Source of the DNA: Bacillota bacterium
GTDB taxonomy: Bacteria; Bacillota; Sulfobacillia; JBFMBV01
Assembly: GCA_040755005.1 (NCBI GenBank)
Contig: JBFMBV010000007.1
Span: 1,181-65,180, forward strand
Length of the DNA stretch: 64,000 nucleotides
Direction: 5' to 3'
Part shown: positions 56,319-64,000 of the stretch, piece by piece
Numbering within the stretch: position 1 is the stretch's first letter
Layout: every line of letters begins with the position of its first letter
Position numbers and translations under genes: made by a program
Notes under the pieces: model-generated
Told to the model about the DNA's origin: nothing
Databases searched by the model: none
The model's input: only the letters and a program-made list of their open reading frames with translations

Positions 56319-56663
56319 TCACGCCTTCCCCTCCAGTCGCAGCAGGAGTTGCCCGATGCGGGGCCTGAGCGCCATGGCGTCTCGGCTGGCGGCTTCCCAG
56401 ACAATCCCGGTATCGATGTCGAAGTATCCGTGCACCAGCACGTTGCGCATCCCAATGATCTTGGGCCATTCGATCTCCGGCGCCAGCGCACGCACCTCCT
56501 CGGGCAGCCCCCAGGCTGCCTCTCCGATGATTTGAAGGTTGCGGACGAACCAGCCTTGCAACAACTCGTCCTGCTCGAAGGCGGCCTTGCCGCGGTGAAG
56601 ATGGCGCTCGATGGCTGCGATGGCCTCGAGCATGTCACGCAACCGTTCCTTGGGGTCCCTCAT
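56319..56663 (-). CDS. HEPN (DUF86/HepT) ribonuclease toxin
   Basis: IIGEAA, IEWPKIIGMRNVLVHGY (R-x4-H-x-Y). Confidence 0.9.
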   Translation of the reverse strand: MRDPKERLRDMLEAIAAIERHLHRGKAAFEQDELLQGWFVRNLQIIGEAAWGLPEEVRALAPEIEWPKIIGMRNVLVHGYFDIDTGIVWEAASRDAMALRPRIGQLLLRLEGKA

Positions 56664-56950
56664 AACGGCACGGCACCCTGGAGCACTCGGTCGCGGATGC
56701 GCGCCTTGAGCCCTCGCTCGGTCATGACGTCTACGGGACGGCCAAGCAGACGCTCCAACTCGTACTGAAGACCTCCCAGGTCGAAGAGGCTGCGTCCCGG
56801 CTCCATCTCAACCAAGAAATCAACATCGCTCCGGGCGTCGGCTTCCCCGCGCGCGACGGAACCGAAGACCCGCGGGTTGCGCGCGCCGTAGGTTGCGCAA
56901 AGACCCAGGATTTCCTCGCGCTTCTCTTTCAACCGTTCGTCAATAGCCAT
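56660..56950 (-). CDS. Minimal nucleotidyltransferase (MNT/MntA) antitoxin
   Basis: VFGSVARGEA..SDVDFLV, SLFDL, LLGRPVDV. Confidence 0.9.
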   Translation of the reverse strand: MAIDERLKEKREEILGLCATYGARNPRVFGSVARGEADARSDVDFLVEMEPGRSLFDLGGLQYELERLLGRPVDVMTERGLKARIRDRVLQGAVPL

Positions 56951-57001
56951 ACCCCAGCTCCTTTAGGTTGGCGGCGATGGCGGCGTCGAGCCCGCGGCCT
57001 C
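56940..57001 (-). repeat. Degenerate copy of the hsdM 3' tail (copy 2), supplying the MNT RBS/start
   Basis: GAGGCCGCGGGCTCGACGCCGCCATCGCCGCCAACCTAAAGGAGCTGGGGTATGG = (EAA)LDAAIAANLKELGYGY*. Confidence 0.8.
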
Positions 57002-57113
57002 AGTAGATGTGTCTTTGGACACCGTCAATGCGACTTGCACGCGCGCAGACGGGAAGTGCGCGCGCGGTCTTATTTTAAGACCGCGGTCAAACGCAGTAAG
57101 ACTGCGGCTATAT

Positions 57114-58804
57114 TTATAAACGCGGGCCATACCATGCCCCTTTTCGCGTGCCGTGCAACACGATCTTCCCTTCCCGTGTGAACCTGGCCAGGAGTCGCCC
57201 CGCCTGACGGATGCCAAGTTGGCAAAGTTCGGCGGCCTCCGTCCGGGTAATTCGACCGTGTCTTTGCACGAATTGCAGGAGCATCTGCTCCTGCTGCAGC
57301 GGCTCGAAGCCGCGCTGGCGCACGTAGGCGGCCGGCTGCCCCAGGCGGCGATAGGTGGCGGCGGAGAGGTGCCAGGTTCGGCCCTTGCGCTCGCCACGCG
57401 GTTCGACGAGGCCGAGTTCGACCAACCGGTTCAGCATCGCACGTGCCTCGGCATCCGGCTTCTGGGTGAGGCGGGTGGCTTCTTCCGTCGTCAGCCGCCG
57501 ATCGTGCCAGAGCGCGTTCAGGATCAGGAGATCATCCAAGCCGAGGTGGCGCCCGGCTCGGGATTCCTCGGCGAGGAGACGAACGAACTCCAGATTGGCC
57601 TCCCCGCCGGGCAGAACCAGGACGACGCCGGCCTCGTTACTGCGGTCGTAGGAGGGTGCGGGCCGGCCGTTGCGGAGCTGCTCGTAGAAGATCGTGTCGA
57701 TGCCGCGCGCAGTGCGTTCGACGATCCCGGCGCGCTTGAAGGCGTCGGCCAGAAGAGGGTTGCGCGGGCGGGGTGCGGTGACGAAGAGATTGTCCAGCCG
57801 CACGCCTTCGGGAAAGCTGCCCGGGTTGGAGATCTCGAGGCGATCGGCGTGCCATTGGATATGGACGGCACCGAGGCGGGTGTAATCGCGATGGATCAGC
57901 GCGTTGGCCAGGGCCTCGCGGAACGCCGGCGGCGGATGGTCCGGCACGGCTACCCGCAGGAGCCCCACCAGGACCTCCTGTTCGCGGTTGCGGGCGGCAA
58001 AGCGTTGCTCGCACTCCTCCATGACGCGCAAGAGCGGCCAGCGGAAGAACTCGTTGACTTCTACCCTTTGCCCGGCCAGCACCTGAAAAGCGACCTCGTG
58101 CGTAGGCAGAAGTCGCCGGAGCGCGTGCTCCTTGCCGAAGAGAAGCAGGCCCAGGACCCGGACGCTCCGGACCTGGCCGTTGGCTTCCACGGCACCCAGC
58201 GCCTTGGCCAATTCCAGGTCCGGCAGGGTGAGCAATGAGGAATCGCCGCTACGGCGTTCGCGGATGCTGCGGCGGAATCGTTCGAACTCCAGAGGATCTA
58301 GGTCTTCCCATGTGGCATCCGGGAGGACTAACGCGGAGTAATCCTCGGCGCCACGGTCGGCCTGCCGGGCCTGCATTTCGTGGAAAACATCGGCAGGCAG
58401 CAGGGCTTGCCGTCGCCGCCGAGCGCCCGTCGCAGGTACTTGCCGGCCGTCGTGCCCACGGGGGCGGACATCGGCGGAACTTCGATCGCGATAACCTCCC
58501 TCCCCTGCAAGGGGACCAAGGCAATACGCGGGATCAACGACGGTCGGGTGCGATTGGCAATGAGGGCGGCAAGCCGCGGCGAATCGGTCCGGCCGGATTC
58601 ATGTCGTGGACGCGCGCCAGTCACACGGCCGTCGTCTTCCACGCCGACCAGCAGCCAGGCCGGTGAATTCGACGAACGATTCACCAGGCAAGCGATGGCC
58701 TCGACCAACTCGTCGTCCGACAGGGGCTTTTGTTCTTCCCCCTTGAACTCGACGTCGACCGATTCACCTACATCGATCAGGCCCTGAAGCCGCTCAGGCA
58801 TCAT
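57114..58804 (-). pseudogene. AlbA_2/Schlafen-like + HATPase_c_4 + HTH protein split by a frameshift near 58385
   Basis: N-ORF GESVDVEFK..LLVGVEDDG; C-ORF FREALANALIHRDY, LEISNPG, PRNPLLA, VERTARGI, tandem HTHs. Junction ATG TTTT CCACGAAATG needs one more T. Confidence 0.75.
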
Positions 58805-60417
58805 GGCTGCGTCTCCCAGAAGCCAAGTTCCTTCAGATTGGCTTCGATCGCGGCATCGAGCTTCGCGGCCTCGGCCTGCTGCTCGCGCAGCGCAGCGGTG
58901 AGCCGCTTCATCTTCTCCGCGAAGGGTTCACCGTCGTCCTCCTGGGCCTCGGCGCCGACGTAGCGGCCGGGCGTGAGCACATGACCGTGTTTGCGCACTT
59001 CCTCCAGCGTGGTGCTCTTGCAGAAGCCGGGAATGTCCTCATAGGTGGTTCGGCCGTCCACGGCCTCGGGGGGGACGTCCTTCTCGCCACGCCAGAGGTG
59101 ATAAGTGCCGGCGATGCGAGCGATGTCCGCATCGGTGAGTTCGCGATGCGTGCGGTCCACCATGCGGCCCATCTTGCGGGCGTCGATGAAGAGCACCTGC
59201 CCGCGCCGGTCGCGGAACTTCCCGTTCTTCCTGTCCCGCCCCAGAAACCACAGGCACGCCGGGATCTGTGTCGAGTAGAAGAGCTGCCCCGGCAACGCGA
59301 CCATGCAGTCCACGAGGTCAGCCTCGATCAGCTTCTTGCGAATCTCGCCCTCTCCCGACTGATTGGACGACATCGAGCCGTTGGCGAGCACGAATCCGGC
59401 CACGCCCGCGGGCGCGAGGTGGTGCACGATGTGCTGCACCCAGGCGAAGTTGGCGTTGCCGGTCGGCGGTACTCCGTACTGCCAGCGCTTGTCGCCGCGC
59501 AAGCGCTCGCCGCCCCAATCGGAGACGTTGAACGGGGGGTTGGCGAGGATGAAGTCGGCCCTGAGATCGGGGTGGCGGTCGTTGTGGAAGGTGTCGCCGT
59601 GAGCGATCTGGCCATCGATGCCGCGGATGGCAAGATTCATCTTGGCGAGCCGCCAGGTGGTGTAGTTCGACTCCTGGCCGTAGATGGAGATGTCCGCCTG
59701 CGCCTTGCCGCCGTTGCCGTTCCCGTTGGCATGCGCGCGGACAAACTCTACCGACTGCACGAACATGCCCGAGGATCCACAGCAGGGGTCGTACACGCGG
59801 CCGCGGTAAGGCTCCAGCATCTCGACCAGCAGCTTGACGACGCAACGCGGCGTGTAGAACTCGCCGCCCTTCTTGCCCTCAGCGTTGGCGAACTGCGAGA
59901 GGAAGTACTCGTATACGCGGCCGAGCACGTCCTTGGCGCGGCTCGCCTCGTCTCCGACCTTGATGTTGCTGACCAGGTCGATCAACTGGCCGAGGCGCAT
60001 CCTGTCGAGCGTGGGTCGGGCGTAGTCTTTAGGCAGTACGCCCTTGAGGGCCGGGTTGTCGCGCTCGATGCCAGCCATGGCGTCGTCGACGAGTTGGCCG
60101 ATGGTGTTCTGGCGGGCCTGGGCCTTGAGGTGCTGCCAGCGCGCGTCGGGTGGAACCCAGAAGATGGACAGTGCGCGGTACTCATCCGGATCCTCGGGGT
60201 CGGCGCCCTGGCTTTCCTCCGTGATGAGCTTCGCGTGCTGCTCCTCGAAGGCATCGGAGATGTACTTGAGGAAGACCAGGCCGAGGACTACGTGCTTGTA
60301 CTCGGCGGCGTCCATCGAACCGCGTAGGGCGTCGGCCATTTGCCACAGCTGGGACTCGTATCCGACGGTGGCGCCGTTCGTTTCTGGTGCCCTGGTGTGG
60401 TTCTTCCGCTTGGCCAT
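58801..60417 (-). CDS. hsdM: Type I N6-adenine DNA methyltransferase subunit M
   Basis: [42 protein letters not shown]. Confidence 0.97.
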   Translation of the reverse strand: MAKRKNHTRAPETNGATVGYESQLWQMADALRGSMDAAEYKHVVLGLVFLKYISDAFEEQHAKLITEESQGADPEDPDEYRALSIFWVPPDARWQHLKAQARQNTIGQLVDDAMAGIERDNPALKGVLPKDYARPTLDRMRLGQLIDLVSNIKVGDEASRAKDVLGRVYEYFLSQFANAEGKKGGEFYTPRCVVKLLVEMLEPYRGRVYDPCCGSSGMFVQSVEFVRAHANGNGNGGKAQADISIYGQESNYTTWRLAKMNLAIRGIDGQIAHGDTFHNDRHPDLRADFILANPPFNVSDWGGERLRGDKRWQYGVPPTGNANFAWVQHIVHHLAPAGVAGFVLANGSMSSNQSGEGEIRKKLIEADLVDCMVALPGQLFYSTQIPACLWFLGRDRKNGKFRDRRGQVLFIDARKMGRMVDRTHRELTDADIARIAGTYHLWRGEKDVPPEAVDGRTTYEDIPGFCKSTTLEEVRKHGHVLTPGRYVGAEAQEDDGEPFAEKMKRLTAALREQQAEAAKLDAAIEANLKELGFWETQP

Positions 60418-60709
60418 GTTCCACCTCGCAGGTTCGTCTCCGGACTGTGGTCGCGCCTACCGAGTCCGTTCGAGCCGCAGGTTAGGCCATCGCGGCGCGC
60501 TTGCCCGACCCTGGCAGGATTCGGTATCGCACCGAGAGAACCCTGCTGGCGGCGGAAGCCGCCCGGCCGTAGGGCGCGGAAAAGCGAGTCGGCCATCACC
60601 TAGCGCAAGGAGTGCCAGGCCTGGGGCGATCTGCGGTGGCATTAACATCATCGGGTAACTCTCCCCGCGGATGTTGAGATCATGATCGGGATGCTGATTG
60701 GCCGTGGTC

Positions 60710-62374
60710 TTACCCCAGCAGGGCTCTGACCTCGTCCCCCGACGTGCACCGCAGCGCCTCAGCGGCCAGCCGCCTGCACTCGGGCATCGTGTAGCGCCCC
60801 AGGCTGTCCCTTACCCGGGCTAGGGCCGCGGGCCCGGCGCTGAGCGAAGTCACCCCGAGCCCTACCAGCAGCGGTGCGGCCGGTGCATGCCCGGCCAGTT
60901 CCCCGCAGGCGCCGCAGGGCTTGCGGGCAGCAGCAGCTGCGTCGCAGGTGCCGCCGATGAGCGCCAGCACCGCCGGGTGGAGCGCATCGGCCAAGCTGGC
61001 CACGGCCGGGTTGGTGCGGTCAGCGGCCAGGGTATACCCGGCCAGGTCGTTGGTGCCCAAGCTGAAGAAATCGACTCCGGGCGCAAGCTGCCCTGCGAGG
61101 ATAGCGGCCGAGGGGAGCTCCACCATGATGCCCTGCCGGGCCTCCCGCCAGCCGCTCCCCCGCTGGGACAGGGCAGCGCACGCACGGCTGTAAGCTGCCT
61201 TCAGTTGCCCGACCTGAGGCAGGTCGTGGACCATCGGGTACATGAGGCTAAGGTTCCCGTGGGCAGACGCCCGCAATAAGGCTCGTAGCTGGGTGTCGAG
61301 CAGCTCGCTGCGCGCCAGCAGCAACCTCGCCCCCCTGACACCCAGGAATGGGTTGGCCTCGGGCGCCAAGCCCAGGCCAGGCAAGGGCTTGTCCCCCCCG
61401 ATGTCCAGGAGCCTGGCGATCACCGGCCGCCCCTCCATCCGCTCCAGCAGGCGCCGGTAGGTCAGGTACTGCTCCTCCTCGCCTGGGGGTACCTCCCTGC
61501 CCAGGAACAGGAACTCGGTACGCAAGAGCCCGATGCCACAAGCGCCCGCCCTGAGGGCTGCGGTCACCTCGGCCGCCCCTCCGACATTGGCCAGCAAGGG
61601 CACTTCCAGTCCGTCCCGGGTCCTGGCGGGGCCGGCGCCACAAGGGCCCTCGCGGCCCGCCCATGCGCGGGCCCGTGCCCTGAGGGTGCGCTCGATACCC
61701 CCCTCCGGGCCGATGACCACCAGGCCCTCTTCGCCGTCCACAGCGACCTCACACCCCTCGACTCCGGACGGGAACGGACCTGTCCCGACGACCGCAGGCA
61801 TCCCCAGGGCGCGCGCGATGATGGCGGTGTGAGACGTGGGCCCCCCTTTGGCTGTCACCACCGCCTGAACTTGGCCCGGATCCATGTCGAAGGTGTCCAG
61901 GGGAGTGAGTTCCTCAGCGAACACGACCACCGGACCTTGGCCGGCCAGCGCAGTGGCCAGGGTATGGCCTACCCCGGCCAGCTCCCGGGTCAACTGCGCC
62001 GCCACCTGGCGCACATCGGTGGCGCGTGCGCGCAGGTACTCATCCTTGAGGGCCTCCAGCTTGCCGGCATACTCCTCCCCCGCCGCTATCACGGCAGCAG
62101 TCAGCGCCATGCCCGAGCCGGTCAGCGTCCGCACCCGCTTGGCGAAGGCAGGGTCCGCGGCCAAGGTTCGCTGGGCGGCGAAGATGGCTGCCGCCTGTGC
62201 GCCTGCCGACGCCCCTGCGGAGGCTGCAGCGCGTTCCAGCCTGTCGCGGACTCTGGCTACGGCCTCCTCCAAGTCACGGGCAGGCTCACCCCCTGCGGCC
62301 TCACGGCCCCCGAACAGAAAGGCCCGCCCGGTGACCACACCGGGCGAAGCCCCTTCCCCCCTGAGTATGTACAT
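60710..62374 (-). CDS. ptsI: PTS enzyme I (PEP-protein phosphotransferase)
   Basis: GGPTSHTAIIAR, GIGLLRTEFL, DIGGDK, EANPFLGVRG, MVELP, SLGTNDL, CGELAG. Confidence 0.95.
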   Translation of the reverse strand: MYILRGEGASPGVVTGRAFLFGGREAAGGEPARDLEEAVARVRDRLERAAASAGASAGAQAAAIFAAQRTLAADPAFAKRVRTLTGSGMALTAAVIAAGEEYAGKLEALKDEYLRARATDVRQVAAQLTRELAGVGHTLATALAGQGPVVVFAEELTPLDTFDMDPGQVQAVVTAKGGPTSHTAIIARALGMPAVVGTGPFPSGVEGCEVAVDGEEGLVVIGPEGGIERTLRARARAWAGREGPCGAGPARTRDGLEVPLLANVGGAAEVTAALRAGACGIGLLRTEFLFLGREVPPGEEEQYLTYRRLLERMEGRPVIARLLDIGGDKPLPGLGLAPEANPFLGVRGARLLLARSELLDTQLRALLRASAHGNLSLMYPMVHDLPQVGQLKAAYSRACAALSQRGSGWREARQGIMVELPSAAILAGQLAPGVDFFSLGTNDLAGYTLAADRTNPAVASLADALHPAVLALIGGTCDAAAAARKPCGACGELAGHAPAAPLLVGLGVTSLSAGPAALARVRDSLGRYTMPECRRLAAEALRCTSGDEVRALLG

Positions 62375-62377
62375 GGC

Positions 62378-62638
62378 TCAGTCCTCCAACGCCGCGATGA
62401 GTGCCGCCAGGGCCTCCACCGCTGCCAGCTCATCCTGGCCCTCGGCGACCACCCGCACGATCTCCCCTACGACAGCCCCGAGGCCCATGAGCTCCATGGG
62501 GCTCCGAGCATCAGCACGCTCGCCGCCCTTCTCCAAGAAGAGGTCGCAGGCGTAAGCCGAGGCCAGCTGGACCAACTGGGCGGCCTGTCTTAGGTGCAGG
62601 CCGTGGGCATTGCGGATCATAGCTTCGCGCGTCACCAT
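62378..62638 (-). CDS. ptsH: HPr family phosphocarrier protein
   Basis: NAHGLHLRQA (His15), ADARSPMELMGLG (Ser46), EGQDE. Confidence 0.85.
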   Translation of the reverse strand: MVTREAMIRNAHGLHLRQAAQLVQLASAYACDLFLEKGGERADARSPMELMGLGAVVGEIVRVVAEGQDELAAVEALAALIAALED

Positions 62639-62661
62639 CGGGGCTCCCTCCTGGTGTACCT

Positions 62662-62690
62662 GATTCGCCCCCCCGCCAAGCGCTTCCTCC
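62662..62690 (-). promoter_or_regulatory. SigH-like promoter for ptsHI
   Basis: GGAGGAAG..GGCGAATC on the minus strand upstream of the RBS. Confidence 0.4.
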
Positions 62691-62794
62691 CAACAGGGGT
62701 TATGGCCTAACGGCGGGAGGGAATCTTCTGCGCACGGAGAAGGTGTGACCTGACCCAGCGCCGCTGGCAGACAGGGTCGAGGAGGGGTATCAGA

Positions 62795-63052
62795 GTGAAG
62801 ACTCAGAAGGAACCGTACCTGGCGTTGCTTCTATCGTTCATCGTCCCCGGCGTGGGCCAGTTCTACAACGGGGACATGAACAAGGGTTTCATCATGCTCG
62901 GCACGGCCGTGGCCTGCATGATCCTGAACTTCACGATCATCGGTCTGATCCTAGGGATTCCCGGTGGGTTCGCGGTCTGGGTCTGGGGCATGTATGACGC
63001 CTACAAGGGCGCCCAGAAGGTTAACGCGGAACTGGACGGCGCAGGCGCCTAG
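62795..63052 (+). CDS. Small TM2-like membrane protein
   Basis: KEPYLALLLSFIVPGVGQFYNG..KG..WVWGMYDAY; RBS GGAGGGG. Confidence 0.8.
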   Translation: MKTQKEPYLALLLSFIVPGVGQFYNGDMNKGFIMLGTAVACMILNFTIIGLILGIPGGFAVWVWGMYDAYKGAQKVNAELDGAGA

Positions 63053-63130
63053 CTCCCCAAGGAGTTGATTGATGCGTTGAGCGGGACCGGCACAAGCCGG
63101 CCCCGCTTCGCTATCTCCTAGAGGTATGGC

Positions 63131-64000
63131 TCACACCACCGGCGTGGGCGGCAGACGGCCTTCCAACACTGCCAGCAAGTTGTCCACGGCTAACATGGCC
63201 ATGGCCGTCCTGGCCTCCACCGTGGCGCTGGCGATATGTGGCGCCAGAACTGCGTTCTCCAGGGCGAGCAGCCCGGGATGGACCTCCGGTTCCCGCTCAT
63301 AGACGTCCAACCCTGCGCCGGCCAGTCTGCCACTGGCAAGCGCCTCCACCAGGGCGGCCTCATCCACGACCGGCCCCCTGGCCGTGTTGATCAGGTAAGC
63401 CCCTGTCTTCATCCTGCTGAGGCGTTCGGCGTTGAGCAGGTGATGGGTGGAGGGCAGGTAGGGTACATGCAGGGAGACGAAGTCCGCCGTGTGCAGGAGC
63501 TCGTCCAGGCACACCGCGCGGGCGTCAGTCTGGCCCGGGGCGCCGGCCCCATCCGCCGGGTCGTGGTAGATCACACGCATGTCAAACCCGGTAGCCCGCT
63601 TGGCCAGGGCCCGCCCGATGCGCCCGTAGCCGATCAGCCCCAGGGTCTTCCCGTAAACGTCAGTCCCCAGGAGCATGGCGGGGCCCCAGCCCTTGAACTC
63701 ACCCCTCCGCAGCAGGCGTTCCCCTTCCCCGAGGCGGCGGGCGCAGGCCATCAGCAAGGTCCAGGCGAAGTCGGCGGTGGCCTCGGTCAGTACCCCGGGG
63801 GTGTTGGTCACGGTGATGCCCCTGGCCTTGGCGGCCTTAACGTCGATGTTGTTGAACCCGACAGCGTAGTTGGCGATGACCTTGAGCCCCGGCGCCCCGT
63901 CCAGCAAGTCCGCGTCAATGGTGTCGGTGAGCAAGGAGACGAGTCCCACAGCCCCTGCGATGCCCTGGCGAAGCTCAGCCGGCGAGAGGACGCGGTCGTC
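63131..64000 (-). CDS. D-glycerate dehydrogenase / glyoxylate reductase (5' end outside the window)
   Basis: YAVGFNNID, NTPGVLT, LGLIGYGRIG, LINTARG, GLDVYEREP, PHIASA. Confidence 0.93.
   Translation of the reverse strand, partial: DDRVLSPAELRQGIAGAVGLVSLLTDTIDADLLDGAPGLKVIANYAVGFNNIDVKAAKARGITVTNTPGVLTEATADFAWTLLMACARRLGEGERLLRRGEFKGWGPAMLLGTDVYGKTLGLIGYGRIGRALAKRATGFDMRVIYHDPADGAGAPGQTDARAVCLDELLHTADFVSLHVPYLPSTHHLLNAERLSRMKTGAYLINTARGPVVDEAALVEALASGRLAGAGLDVYEREPEVHPGLLALENAVLAPHIASATVEARTAMAMLAVDNLLAVLEGRLPPTPVV

Larger units (their letters stand above)
50177..60417 (-). other. Type I restriction-modification defence island with cargo genes
   Basis: hsdM-cargo-hsdS-cargo-hsdR with overlapping start/stop codons and a composition shift (more CG/AT-rich codons) relative to the flanks; no integrase seen. 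Confidence 0.8.

Noticed and set aside
50100-60700. RM island as an integrative element with att sites
   Set aside because: No integrase, transposase, tRNA or flanking direct repeat could be found by eye.

Overview
High-GC chromosomal segment of a probably spore-forming Bacillota (ydcC/ssdC-like, ylxY-like, acpS-nnr-alr-ndoAI-ndoA, cdaA-cdaR-glmM-glmS with a glmS ribozyme, several SigH-like promoters). Most genes are on the minus strand. From left to right: guaB (partial), a gamma-carbonic-anhydrase-like gene and perR; a udg-tsaE-tsaB-rimI-tsaD-yvoF-radical SAM operon; an ~11 kb uncharacterised system (DUF6754-like protein, three membrane proteins, and two paralogous pairs of GlmL/MutL-type ASKHA ATPase plus barrel-sandwich-hybrid/KOW protein, with no glutamate mutase nearby); a DUF362 Fe-S protein and a MacB-type ABC transporter; a six-gene D-amino-acid/amide hydrolase cluster; mazEF-alr-nnr-acpS; a tandem pair of XRE-TPR (RRNPP-type) regulators followed by a secreted propeptide gene; glmS/glmM/cdaAR, thrCB, decayed nuclease remnants, a 4-hydroxybutyryl-CoA-dehydratase-like gene and a polysaccharide deacetylase; a ~10 kb type I restriction-modification island with cargo (AlbA_2/HATPase regulator with a frameshift, MNT-HEPN toxin-antitoxin pair, TIGR04141/DUF6119-like protein) and degenerate copies of the hsdM 3' tail in front of mntA and hsdS; then ptsI/ptsH, a TM2-like protein and a 2-hydroxyacid dehydrogenase (partial). 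The best novelty candidates are the DUF6754/GlmL-like system, the twin-receptor peptide signalling locus and the hsdM-tail cassette array. All family assignments come from motif recognition by eye; no searches were run.
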